From contig NOWV01000015.1 of assembly GCA_003344405.1 (NCBI GenBank), positions 558,001 through 622,000 of the forward strand: a stretch of 64,000 nt of DNA. Direction: 5' to 3'. The DNA is from Trichoplax sp. H2. Lineage: Eukaryota. Position 1 is the first letter of the stretch; the number at the start of each line of letters is the position of its first letter. The notes beneath the pieces were generated by a model. It saw only the letters and a program-made list of their open reading frames with translations. It was not told the origin of the DNA and did not search any database. The position numbers and the translations under genes are program-made. Below, piece by piece: positions 39,563 through 53,055 of this stretch.

Positions 39563-39653
39563 TTAACTAAATTCAACGGTTGACATCATGACTATGAATT
39601 GAAGTGATCACGCTCTACAGTATACTACTGATGCAACCGTTGAATTTAGTTAA
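39563..39653. mobile_element. MITE-like 91-bp element with ~25-bp terminal inverted repeats
   Basis: Left arm ttaactaaattcaacggttgacatca (39563-39588) and right arm tgatgcaaccgttgaatttagttaa (39629-39653) are reverse complements apart from one extra A. The spacer is 40 nt and both ends read TTAA. Confidence 0.55.
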
Positions 39654-39799
39654 CTCAGTCAAGCAGGATATTTAATTAGAGAAATCAGGAAATTGCCCCC
39701 AAAACTTCTCCCTTTGTACTTGAAATATGCCAACTGTAATCACGATTGCCCCCCCATCTGTGTAATTTTATATCCTTAATGACCAACTTTTTCAAAGAT

Positions 39800-41323
39800 C
39801 AATCCTAATTAGATGGCAACGTTCTATGCCACTTCGTGACCTACGATAGACTTTTCCTGCTTCATTAAGAATTACAATTTGAATTACTGCAATGCAATTG
39901 AGGCGTTGAAAAATCAACATGGACTCTTGTTCATCGATATAAAATTTTCTGTTAACATAGTTCAAAACGTACATTTTTGATTTGATTTAAACGAGTTATC
40001 GCCCAAATCCATCGCAAAGCAATTAAGCAATATTGGAAGATGGCATAAAAATTCAGTAGAAATTGCAATTCGGTTGTAACTTTGTTGATGATTTATACAG
40101 CTTGATCAATGGCTATACCACTGAATGGTTATTGATCTTCATTGTTGACATTTTTTGTTTATGATGACTCATTTAGTATAAGGTCAGTGATGTTGTCCTA
40201 CACACATAATCATTTTCCTACACTTTTCATTCCTTGTCCGTCAGTATCAATTCAAATCTCCAAAGAACTGCCCAACAGTCCATCGTTTGCCGGTAGTTGA
40301 TTATTGTATGCGAGAACGGTATACGAACGTATACTTGTATAAACATACTCGAAATTGTAACATTCTAATTAGCCCATGTATTGACTTAAATGAATTAATG
40401 GCCCTTGTAATCTATCAGTATTATAGAAATTGACTAATATGGATGCTATTGTTTTTATCTATTGGTAAACTAGTTGGATTGCTTCTCTCCACTTGTAAAC
40501 AGGAATCTTACTCGGAACTTGACCGCTCATGGACGCTATGTTTATGGCCATTTGCAGTAGTTGTTGGTTGTTATTACGAACTAAATTATTTACCGCTAGT
40601 TAAAATGAGTTAATATTTATCTCGACTGGAATTACTATCTTATTGTCTACAACAAACAATACAGTACATCTTTATATTAGCAGTTAACTCCGTGTCTANN
40701 NNNNNNNNNNNNNNNNNNCAATCCTAATTAGATGGCAACGTTCTATGCCACTTCGTGACCTACGATAAGCTTTTCCTGCTTCATTAAGAATTACAATTTG
40801 AATTACTGCAATGCAGTTGAGGCGTTGAAAAATTAACGTGGACTCTTGTTCATCGATATAAAATTTTCTGTTGACATAGTTCAAAACGTACATTTTTGAT
40901 TTGATTTAAACGAGTTATCGCCCAAATCCATCGCAAAGCAATTAAGCAATATTGGAAGATGGCATAAAGATTCAGTAGGAATTGCAATTCGGTCGTAACC
41001 TTGTTGATGACTTATACAGCTTGATCAATGGCTATACCACTGAACGGTTATTGATCTTCATTGTTGACATTTTTTGTTTATGATGACTCATTTAGTATAA
41101 GGTCAGTGATGTTGTCCTACACACATAATCATTTTCCTACACTTTTCATTCCTTGTCCGTCAGTATCAATTCAAATCTCCAAAGAACTGCCCAACAGTCC
41201 ATCGTTTGCCTGTAGTTGATTATTGTATGCGAGAACGGTATACGGTATACGGTATACTTGTATAAACATACTCGAAATTGTAACATTCTAATTAGCCCAT
41301 GTATTGACTAAAATGAATTAATG
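39800..41323. repeat. ~600-bp near-identical direct duplication (39800-~40400 and 40719-~41323) either side of an assembly gap
   Basis: Both copies begin caatcctaattagatggcaacg and differ by scattered substitutions and small indels. Copy 2 starts immediately after the Ns. Confidence 0.95.
40699..40718. other. Assembly gap (20 N)
   Basis: Run of n characters. Confidence 1.
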
Positions 41324-41364
41324 AATTAAATTTAATTAAATTAAATTAAATCTAGTAGTAGTGG

Positions 41365-42420
41365 TAGCTTTTGGATGAATGAGGATGCCTGTGCAGTAAA
41401 TGACGCTATCACTGTGCCGTCTGATCTTTACAAATGCCCTAGCTTAAAGTAAAGCTGGTATTTGAATGGATAGGATGCTGTTGCTATAAATGGCTATTTT
41501 ATTATACTATTATATAAAGCTTAGCTTTTGCAGATGGCTAGTCCGACGGCAATGTTAGTATTAAGCTGGATGAGGATACTGCACTGATGTATTTGGATGC
41601 CTAAGTATGTCGATGTAATAAATGACGGTTTAGCTATACTGTTATCTGTAGAACGATTCTTATAAATGTCCAATCCGATGGCAGTGTTGGTACTAGGATA
41701 GATGAGGACGCCTATGAAGCAAAATATAGTTTTACTACGGACGACTAAAAGAGGAGAAAGATTTACTATACAGTACTATAGTCAGATTATTACGAATGTT
41801 TAATCGATGGCAATGGCAGTATTTGGATGGATGAGGATGCCGATGCAGTAACTGATAGTTTTGTTATGCTGTAACGTATTTGCAGTCATAATTTTACAAA
41901 TGTCCAATCTGATGGCAATAGTGGTATTTGGATGGATGAGAATGCCTATGCAGTAAATGATAGTTTTTTACTATACTGTCGGCTGCAGTCTGATTTCGAA
42001 AAATATCCAATACGATGGCTACGATGGTGTTTGTATGGATAACGATGCCGATGTAGCAAACGACCAGGCCTTACTATGCTGTGATCAGTAGTCTGACCTT
42101 GACAAAAGTGCAAAACAAATCGGATGGCTTGAGCTTGGATACGTCAATCCTAATTTTACAACACTGTGAACTGCAAACTGACCTTTATAAACGTCCAAAT
42201 CAAATGATTTGCGTCGGTATAGATGAAGATACTGAGTAGTCAACGATACTTTTACCTTGTTGTGGTCACTCTAGTCTGCAGCCAGGCCTCGACGAATATC
42301 TAAATCGGTTGGTTTCTATTCCAGTCAATGCGGAGCTGTGCAGTAAACGACAGCTTACTGTTTTGCAGTCGCCCTAGTTTTAGGTCTAACCTCGCCGAAT
42401 ATTCCAATGGAATCAAGTGG
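41365..42420. repeat. Degenerate minisatellite, ~105-bp period, ~9 units
   Basis: 'aaatgtccaatc.gatggca..g.gtatttggatggatgaggatgcc.atgcagtaaatga' recurs near 41373, 41466, 41568, 41699, 41825, 41930, 42032 and 42217. Confidence 0.8.
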
Positions 42421-42720
42421 CTTGGGTTTCGATACGTTAATGGCGGTTTTATTCCGTTTTAGTCCTTAGTTTGACCACGAACGATGTCCAAATAGGATAG
42501 CTGGCGTTTGGATAGATGGTAGTACAGCTGCAGTAGTGCAGCAAAAGTAAGTAATTCAATCTGCCCTTTGCTCTCTCCACCCACTGTACTGCGCGTATTC
42601 TGCGGACCGAGAAAGCCTGGAGTATAATATACTGTGCCAAACAGTACATTGGACATTAGTCTACAGTATGGCAGCGACTAAAAGAAATGCTCGACTCTAC
42701 CGACGTAATCCATCCAGTAA

Positions 42721-42809
42721 CCATCTTGGACTAAATAATGTCACCCTATATGGTACAATGAACAGTGTATAGATATCCTATGGGGTGACATTATTTCTAC
42801 CCCAGGAAG
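42721..42809. mobile_element. Degenerate MITE-like palindrome upstream of iPGM
   Basis: Perfect 14-bp arms aaataatgtcaccc (42733-42746) and gggtgacattattt (42783-42796), extending imperfectly to ccatcttgg... / ...ccaggaagg. Confidence 0.45.
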
Positions 42810-42951
42810 GCATTCATCGAGGACATTGTACGTGACTCCCTGCAAGTAGTAGATTTTGAACCCAGTAGCCGACAGGATTTACTCTCTACCCGCTGCAATA
42901 GTAGTCATTTAACCTCTGTTCACTCATTTAAAATAGCAGGAAAGTAAAACC

Positions 42952-45900
42952 ATGGCCTCTCAAGTCAAGCAGAATGTGTGCTTAATTGTGATCGATGGAT
43001 GGGGCATTACCGATACAATGCAAGGTACGCGTACACTTTACCTTATGTCGTCTCCTTGTTGTCGAGAGTACGAGAAGAAACTTGCAATTCCATGCACATC
43101 TTTTCAATTACTGTCCAAGTAAAGCAGGACTTCAATCGTGCTGAATACTAACACGGTGAAACCGATGTACGAATAGCGCAGTTGAGTTTGGAGTAAATGT
43201 CTTTGCCTCGTATTTGCATCTAATCGTTAAGGTAGAGATTGATCCGACATGGAAAGATACTGTAGTGTAGGCAATAGCAAGGACCACTTTCTAGTACTAT
43301 AATTAATTAATCTTGGCATTGGTGACAGAGCTGATCAATGAAATAGATGTGCCGTACTTAATAGTAATCTAGTTTGCAATAGGAGTACAGTATGTGTGTG
43401 CAGTAAGTACGGTCAATTTGCACCGTTCATAATAGCCGATAAAGAGGACAGATTGAGAAGAATGATTCTCTGATACCTCATTGAAGTTTCATGAGCTACC
43501 GCAGCTGTTGCATTCAGTTCATATCAAGTAATCCATCCGTATCTCCAGCAAATTACTTTCTTCCATTTCAAGATACCCTTACTGCAGTAGTGCTGCAATT
43601 AAATTAAATGATGGCCTTGTTGCCATGCCATACAGCTACAGTACATTGAAAATCTCATACGGCACTGCACTGTTGATGGGCCTACACAAACGAGAGAAAA
43701 TCTTGAAAATGTCACACCTTAAGTCTTGCTGGCTTTTTGACACACCGGCTTGTTAAGAATATCTGCATAATCAAATCTAGATTATTTGACATAAAAGGAC
43801 AGTAAACTAGTTGTCACTACAGTATATCCACTTTTTGTCGGTATGTTTTCGTGTTATTTTTCAAATCAATAATACAGTAGCATAGCTACAGAAGCAATGA
43901 TTTATCAAGTTTAGATCATTGAGATGAAAGTACAGTACAGTAAAAGATAGTTACGATGGTATCTACTTCTTGTCATTTCGACATACGAGTACAAATAATG
44001 ACAGCAAGAGCTAAGTACGTAAGTATGTTTTCATGCAATACTATAAATTAATAATTTACTGTTTAATAGTAGATACGGAAGCAGTAATTAAAAAATTCAC
44101 CGTTTAATGCTAGATACCGAAGCGGTGATTTATTCAGCTTAGGTCATTGAGATAAGAGTAATAGTAAAATAATTGCCATTATTCTAGTCAGTTGAGCATA
44201 CGGATAAATGACAGCATCAGCAGTGAAATACGTATGTTTTCTTTTTATATTGCTAATTTTAAATATTATAATTATCAATAATACAGTACAATAGCATATA
44301 TGCAGCAGCAATGATTTATTAAGACTAACTAGGTCATGAGATAAAAGTATGGTAAAGTAGTTGTCATAATGCCTACTTCTTGTCAGTAGGGCATACGAAT
44401 AATGACAGTAGCAGGAAAATGTGTATGTTTTCATGAAATGTTGTAAATAGATAGTATACAAATTGGTCTACTTGTAGATACAGAAGCAATATTTAAGCTA
44501 AACGATTTTATCAAACCGGTGTTCATTCCGGTTTCTCAAGCATTACATGTTGCACACATACAGCACAAACCAAATTGTCAATTCCACAAGCCCATCAAAG
44601 TTCCTTTTGATATTAGAAGATAGTCTAATCCAGAACGCTAACACACTTTGTGTTGCTAACAGGAAATGCTATTGCTAATGCTCAGACGCCCGTTATGGAT
44701 AAACTGCAAAAAGAATATGCATTTCATACGCTGGAAGCATCAGGATTAGCGGTCGGACTGCCTGCTGGTGTAATGGGAAATTCTGAAGTTGGTCACACCA
44801 CAATTGGATCCGGTCGTGCAATGTTTCAGGTGAATCAAACTGAAAATTCATGATACTCATACCTATTGAATCATCTTGCTTTAGTTCACGAGACGATTCT
44901 GCAACACACAACACTGCACATAGTATCTGAAGATGAATGTTGCTTGATAATATAAATCAGTGTGGTATATTTATAGGAATGTTACTAAGCGATTTATTCG
45001 TTGACAGTATCATCATATAAATTAATCGATGGCTGTGCCACTATCCGAATAGTACGTTAGTGTATATAGTTGTATTAATTAAGAATACTTTAACCAAAGA
45101 GAAAAGGATGGTTTAGGATGGGAACAAGTACCGAACACGACAATCATTGACTTCTAAGAAATTATGTAAAAATTATAATTTTCGATTCGTTATTTATATC
45201 ATTAAATCTATTAGGATTTAGTGAAGATAAATTTATCCATTCAAGAGGATACTTTAAAATCCAATAAATCTCTTACTGACGCTATGGCCAGAGCTAAGAA
45301 CGGGAACGGTCGGCTTCATTTCTTAGGATTGGTAGGAATTAAAAAAATTTGTATTGACTTTGATGTGCATACCGTGATATTCTGAGTACATGCCATTATT
45401 ATTTTACAGGTCAGCGACGGAGGAGTCCATAGCCATATTGATCATCTGCTACAATTTTTGAGAATTGCAAAGGATTATGGAGTTCCAAAGTCGTTTATTC
45501 AATTTTTTTCCGATGGACGTGATACGTCACCTACAAGTGGAGGTTAGCTGTAAACAGTACAGGCTGATAAATGAAATGATTATTTATGATAACTATCAAT
45601 CAAGATGCTGCCTATCGTTGCTGATATCAGATATCACAAATACATTTTATTCGCTTAATGTTATACTGTAGTAACGTTCGTTCAGAAAGTTTTGAATTAC
45701 ATCAGTGAAATGAATTATGGCTCCTTGGCCACCGTTGTTGGACGCTACTATGCAATGGATCGTGACAAGAGATATGATAGGATTCAAATCGCTTATGAAG
45801 GATTAGTAAAAGGGGTTGGTGAACTGACTTCACCGGGATCTATAACAGAGGTAACGTGTGCTGCAGACTCTAGCTGCAGTACCATTTAAAATTTGGACCT

Positions 45901-47992
45901 CTTTAGTGCATACGATATACGTAACTAGACCCGAAAAGTAGCATGTAATACAGACGCAATTTGTATTAACGAGAATTTTAGAAGATATAGCGTGGTTAAG
46001 TCTAACATATAATATTGCTATCCCTAAAGTGAAATAGCTAAGATTCATTCGGATACACTCCATAGGTTATGACAAATCGCTACAATGCGGAAGGAAGCCA
46101 GCGTCAGACAGATGAATTTATGACTCCGATTATAAGTGATCCGGAAGGACGCATTAGCAGTTAGTAATTCTTAGCCTATTTAACGTATATGATATTTCAA
46201 GTGGTAGCCACATATGGAAATTAATGATTTCACTTATTTACTCTAATGCGTGTAGATGGTGACACTCTAGTCTTCATTGACTTTCGTGCTGATAGAATGC
46301 GACAAATTTCCGAAGCTTTTGGTATTCAGCCTCAATTTTCCACTGATGTTGTACCTACGGATTTAGTACGTTAATGATCAATATGAATGACACATTCCAC
46401 CGTTTTCCCCTGCTAAACGTGCTTTATGTATTACCACAGCATGTTGCGACTATGACTCAGTATAAAAAGCAATTCCCATTTCCGGTTCTCTTCCCTCCTA
46501 CACCGCCGGATAATGTTATTGCAGAGTGGCTTTCAAAGAAAGAATTATCTCAAATGCATGTTGCAGGTTCGTAAATGCTATAGAATTTTTGTACTGACTA
46601 TTGCAATTACTATGCAGCAATCATTCTGTTCCGAATACTCGTTTAGCGTTATTGATATGCAAATATCTTGATAGAGACTGAAAAATACGCTCACGTAACG
46701 TTCTTCTTTAACGGTGGACGAGAAATGCAATTCAGCATGGAAGATAGAATTATGGTGCCCTCTCCTAAAGTAGCTACCTACGATTTAAAGCCGGAGATGA
46801 ATGCCGAAGGCGTGGCTGATGAGGTAAACATTAAAATAGTAATGACACCATCATTCGCACTTGATTGTAATAACAAACTATGATGTGCTATAGGTAATTC
46901 GTGCCATTGAAAGTGGAAAGTATCCTTTCGTGATGTGTAATTTTGCTCCGCCAGACATGGTTGGACACACTGGAGTTTACGATGCTGCTGTTATTGCATG
47001 CACTGTTACAGGTAGATCAATATTTCACACACATATATACGGTACAAATGCCTGTTAATTTTGCGTTTGGAAGCGTTCTGTTTTTGGAAAAAGTAGAGCA
47101 TAAATATCATTACTTGCTGTTAAGCTCTGTTAATATACCTGTAACTTTAGAAGTCTCTTGTTTTAGAAAAAAAAAGTCGAGCAGGAGCATTGGTACTTGC
47201 TGTTTAACCCATTTATGATTAAATATCCTTTAGGCTGTTCGCAAATTTTACAAATAAAAATTGTAACGTGTTTATCTCACGGCTTAGTTAAATTATATAT
47301 ATCTATAACATATATATATATAATCTACAGAAACAGCATATACGCGTACGAATCTAAACGATTTATAGTTATAACGAATATTTGCAAGATTAATCCAGGT
47401 GGATAGCTTAATTATAATTAGTTGTTGGAAATAGGCAAGATGTTATGCAATCATCGTATTTTCGTATACATGTAATTTAGAGTACAATGCTACTATCACG
47501 ATAATTTAAGCTCTAAAAGAACAAAACTGTCTACTAGATACAAATGGTATCAGAAGAAAAAACTTTTACTCAGTATTTTAATTTCAAAGTTCTTCATTAT
47601 ATTATTTTAGATTTTAATATCGGTAGAATCTTTGAGGCCTGCGAAAAGCACGATTATGCCCTAATGATTACAGCAGATCATGGCAATGCGGAGAAAATGG
47701 TAACTGAAAATGGTTCGCCCTTTACAGCTCATACGCTTTATAGAGGTAAGCTACCTTACGAGCTACATCCTGACCTAGTATTGGATAAATGCTGTAACTG
47801 TTAATATCTAAAGTATGACTGACCGAGTAAATTTAATATGGCGTTTGTTTAGTTCCTCTCATAATGACTCGTGGAAAGTATAAAGATATCACACACGATG
47901 CTAGCCTAAGCGATGTTGCTCCTACAGTTTTACGAATTATGGGTTTGGACGTACCCCCTGAGATGAGTGGTCAATCTCTTCTGGCTGAATAG
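42952..47992 (+). CDS. gpmI: 2,3-bisphosphoglycerate-independent phosphoglycerate mutase (iPGM), ~12 exons
   Basis: [43 protein letters not shown] (catalytic Ser), [116 protein letters not shown]. Stop codon TAG at 47990-47992. Confidence 0.96.
43880..44500. repeat. Degenerate tandem repeat (~3 units, ~190-230 bp) in iPGM intron 1
   Basis: 'gaagcaatgatttat..taggtcattgagata..agta' at ~43890, ~44118 and ~44305. 'cttcttgtca..catacga..aatgacag..tatgttttcatg' at ~43966 and ~44376. Confidence 0.7.
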
Positions 47993-48085
47993 CAAAATAA
48001 ATATTTCAAGTGAATAAATCCCCCTGAGATGAGTGGTCAATCGCTTCTGGCTGAATTGCAAAATAAATATTTCAACTGAGTAAAT
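47955..48085 (+). repeat. ~65-bp tandem duplication spanning the iPGM stop codon
   Basis: cccctgagatgagtggtcaatc(t/g)cttctggctgaat(a/t)gcaaaataaatatttcaa(g/c)tga(a/g)taaat occurs twice. Confidence 0.95.
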
Positions 48086-48533
48086 GCTAAGATTTTATTG
48101 TATATTACAATAATCATAATTGTTGTAACAGTATTCATATCTTACTAATTCAATAAAGTAGTGGAAATGATACTTAAACTATAAATGCACAACGAGCGAA
48201 ATAAAAATTAAGCTCAATATAACTACATATGTACGAATGCTATATCTATGTATATATTTCGTACGAGTGTATATACACAGTAAACAAAATGACAAAACAA
48301 TACTACATGTTAAATATATGAAATGATGACTACATTGTGTACTGTATACTGTATATGCAAACGTCTAAGCTCCATATATAGTAACTAGACAGCAAACTTT
48401 TTGTGTGCTAGTTAGGATAATGGCTAAAATGTTCGTGAAAGTTAATCGACGTGACCAATTGAAGTTGGTCTCAGTCATTGGAGTTACGTTGTATGGTAGT
48501 TATGATAGACAGCCACCTAAATGGGCCTCTTTA

Positions 48534-51068
48534 TCAACGGTCTCTCATATACCTAACGCACATAGTAAAGGATGTCATGAAATTTTATTCAATACCTCCA
48601 ACCGATACAATGAATGAATGGCTTACCTTTCCCATCGTCGATGATTTAGTTCAGTGAAATCGTCTAATTTTGCAATTCTTTTTAGATATTTCTTCAGTTT
48701 TAGTAATTCTTTATCTGTTTGCTGATTTTTGTGCGCTTCCCGAAAAGGGCGTATCTGATTAAATAGTAATTTAAATCGATACTTTATTTCCAGTTAAAAA
48801 GTTATTCGATTATTAATCTGATAAAGTTTACCCTTAAACCACTTTGAGGATTCATTAAAAAGTTGGACCTGACATCGTCGAACATGATAGTGTTACCTTT
48901 ATGGTAGCGTGGATACTTTCCCCAGATTACACCAAGAGGCTTTACCTATAAATTTAGGAATCATGGCGCAATTACAAGTTCTAGAGTGCTCCCCTTAAAG
49001 CCGAAAAATATGTCAACTACTGTACTTACATCAATAACACCGCGTTTTTCAGTTTGAATACTTATCATAGCCAAATTATCCAGCAGAAAAGCGATTTTGT
49101 AGTTTGAATTTTCTAATACTCCAAGTTCCTATATTGCAGTCGAATAAGACGGTATCATCATTGACGTTTTATTTAGCACATTGGCAAATTCTTATTATCG
49201 CAATATAATGTCTTTCTTACTTTCATTTTTAGTTGAACCCACTTCATATTAGTGGCAGCTAATGATCAAGTCAAATGTTATCGTAATGATTCAAATAAAA
49301 AGTTGACATTATCCAATTACATAACTTTAACCTCAGAGTACTACTAAAGTTGCACAAATAACTAGTGTTTGTTATCGCTAGGTCTTACACCAGATTACTA
49401 TGTCATAGTCTTCGTAGGCAGCTGTTAAAAATTGGTGTAGATACGGCCTCATTAGTTGTAATGGATGATCAGCAACTGATCTGTGATCTTGATAAAGAAG
49501 TCATACGTTAGATTTTCAAAAGAAACCGGCACATTATTAGATTGAAGCTAACAAATTAAATAGTCTAATTCTTTCCAGTTAATACAACATTAAAAATCCA
49601 TCGTATCTACAATTATTACCAAAGAGTGTATAGTCAATATCGAGGACGAGTAGTTTCTTGCCATTACGAAATGGATTAATTTCTTCTACCGAATACTCTG
49701 CAACACGTCTTTTAATCTTTTTCAGATAGATTTCCCTTTTAGAAAAGGACATAATCAAGATTAAGATCTGTCTATTATATCATCATTGTTTACGATTATT
49801 CACTTATAATATTAGTTACGTGTATTAAAATTGCGTACAATTAACATGTTAGCAATAGCTATACTTTATTATGAAAAAATGAGAAGGCACTGTACAGCAT
49901 CTATTTTTGTGATTATAGTAATTGTCGTCATACATTCATGTTTCATACCTATTTTCAATTGCAATCTCTTCCTCCTCTTCAACCTCTAAATCATTGACTA
50001 CATTATTACCCCAATCTGTAGATGGATTAATAACCTCTTCCTAATAAATATTGAATCATTAATATCCAACATTTATAGAGCCGATACTTAGCTGAGCCAA
50101 TTGAAATAGGAACAAGTTAATCTTATTTTAACGAAAGAGTAATACTATCCACTTAACGATGCTTTGACATTAAGAGCGTAATCCGGCAGTACTTAAACTC
50201 TATTCAATATTAAGACTTTATGCATTCTATACCTTTACTAATATTATTAATTGAATAGTGCACTCATGTAAGATTAAGTTATATAAGATACGATAGTTGT
50301 AGGAAAACAATCACAAAATTGCTATCACAAATTTCCCTAACTTTACACCAGAATTTACGATTTCAAGTCTTATAAGTTAAATGTTAAAGCAGGACATAAA
50401 AAAATCATCGTTACGTTACATACTGTATATCATTCAGGTTCCTGATAATTATATTATTATGCAGTATTCATATAATTAATGAATACAGTGTCATGATTCT
50501 AACCAAAGCTTCCTCGCGCGTTCCCATCATCATGATTTTACAATTTGGTTTAAGATTGAGCTGATTCAATGGTACATCATCAGCTGGTGGTTTAGCTATA
50601 AAGTTGATAATTACATTTATAAAACGCTCTCCTTGCATATAACATAATAAACAATTAGTCAGTCCATTGCAATAAAGTACGACCTAAAAGTACAGCTGTA
50701 CAGTACAGAACATTGACTAATTATTCAAGTAATCGTATGCTCTACATGACAAAAATACTTACAAAGTTTCTACATGAACGACTTCGAAGTAAATTCGTAA
50801 GGTAGACAAAATTAAGTTTAATCTCAAATGCAGTACATCGTAAACCTATTTCATAATCAGATTGATGATGAAAGTTCTAACCTTTGTATTTTAATCCAAG
50901 TAGTTTCTGGCGTCTTGCTAAGACACCAGTTTTGGCTTCTACAGCTAATTTTAAATGACCTACGGTGTTTCTCAAAGATACCGTATCAATTGGGTATTCC
51001 TTCCCACTCCATTTTACAATAATGGTAATTATTTCCGTTTCCGCAGCTTCGCCAACAGGACTAGCCAT
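48534..51068 (-). CDS. UBLCP1: Ubiquitin-like domain-containing CTD phosphatase 1, ~10 exons
   Basis: UBL domain [41 protein letters not shown] motif [17 protein letters not shown]. Also [78 protein letters not shown]. Confidence 0.95.
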
Positions 51069-53055
51069 TATATCACAAAAGCTGGAATGCACTTAGGGAC
51101 TTTGGTAAATATTATTATAATTTCTAATTAAAGAAATAATCCAACTCGAGTATTATATTTTTTTTGCAGTATACCGTACAGAGAGTAGCGATGGATTAAA
51201 TAGTGCGAGTACATGCGTAATGAATGCTAGACATCATGCCTACTGCGCCCTAGCGTATAGTACAAAAACAGCAACTGTATGAGACGTACAGTGCCGTGCG
51301 GTAAGGCAAAATGTAACACAAACTATGGTCCGTAAACAGCCATTGATGCACCGTCTCTGATCAAAATTCTCCATCGGTAAGAATTTTCTTCGCCTCTCTA
51401 AACAATTTCCTTCTTGAAATCAATCACTACAACAGCTATGTCTTTATTTACATCACCTTCTCAATAGGAAGTATTATCTACTTTATTTACCATTTTATAT
51501 TATGCATCCAGTGTACTGTATATACACAGTATTTCACAATCTTATTCATTCATTTACTGGTTGCAATGCCCTGCCTATCTGCATCAACTAAAGCAGTGTC
51601 CCCCTCTTTGGTAATCGTCATCATTTCTAAATTAATATGTATTAGTTACCGAATGACATCGAGAATCTGGATTGTAGATATACATGAGCATTAGATACCA
51701 TATTAACTAGTCATGTCTATATTATACGCTACACGTAGTTGTACAGTACAGTAATACTAAACTCCAGGACCGTGAGCAGAGGTAACTTCAATAAACGTGA
51801 AAGACATTGCTGGCAAAACTTCTGCTAAATCGTTCAAGTTGTACAGTAGCGTACTGGACATTGACATTGTACGCATGTGCAATGTGCAGTACAATTGACT
51901 GTTGACATTGTACAGTACAATGTACTGTCCACTGTTATTATTTTACCATATCGACTCCAGTACGATACAGTACAAACTCTACAGTAGTTACAGTCCCTTT
52001 GGCGATTGTTATGATGTTGGGATTACTGTCTGTACGTAGGTACAGTAATAGGATTTCGACCATGCAAAAAACTGATGACGCTATTAACTGTAAATACAAC
52101 AACAATAAACTCAACTCCATTGATGTTATTGTTAGTGTTGTTCATCAAACTGTAACTTATTGTTAGTAGTAGCACATAAAGAAAAAATGATCAATCAATG
52201 TAGGTAAAAGCAATTATATGCTTGGAGAAGTAAATTTCCTTCAAGGTGTATAATCGTTGGCATATAGATCAGAAAGTGGGTTGTAAAGTTCAAGCCTTAT
52301 AGTATTCGGCTGGTGGATTTTGAAATGTAACCAATTCATTGTCAACAGGAAATAAAAGGTTAGAATATACTGTACTATCTAGACAATAAAATTAATGACA
52401 ATCATATGCAATATCATTGATTACAGTTAACTTTTATGGGCACAATTCATATATTTTATAGCTAGAATTTATCATAATTTATAAACTTGTCTAATACGTG
52501 GAGATCCGTTCCCGTTATTCGATCGAATCAGTTAATGGCAAAGATATTATCAACAGTCAATAAAACACTCTACATCAACATTCGATAATATTGTATATAC
52601 AATTATGCATGTATCCTCCATTGTCAGACTGCTGAAATAAATTTCATCACTGTCGTCTTTATAGACACAATTTAATCATAACTAGGGCTTTATTATTTAA
52701 AAGACTTACTTTAATAGATCACATGGTGTTGCTCTATTCCAAGCGAATCAAATTAAATGACAGTTCTTAGTAGCAGTAAAGATAGTGCTATATACGCGTA
52801 TGTACGCGCAATGAAATAATGTTGTATATGTGTGTCCTCAAATTGTAGGCAATTAGAACTAGCTTCGCGACACCAACTTTAAGGACGAATATTTTTTCTC
52901 TTTCATCGCTTTCGATATGATGTTTATTATGGAGGTGCTATCTCGGGGTAAACTATCATGATGGACAACTTCTATGTATACAATAAAAACAAGTAGAGTA
53001 TTTTTCCTGCCAACAGAAATTTTGATGATATTTATTACGGCAAAGGAGGAAAAAG

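Noticed and set aside
39830-39990. Minus-strand R*TRVHVDFSTP, reminiscent of the Gypsy integrase W-x-R-V-H-x-D-F motif
   Set aside because: Only a few residues match, amid many stops. Copy 2 reads VNF and no LTR or RT is visible. It would need tBLASTx or HMM support.
41365-42420. Possible CRISPR-like array
   Set aside because: Units are degenerate along their whole length with no repeat-spacer alternation. The context is eukaryotic and no cas genes are present.
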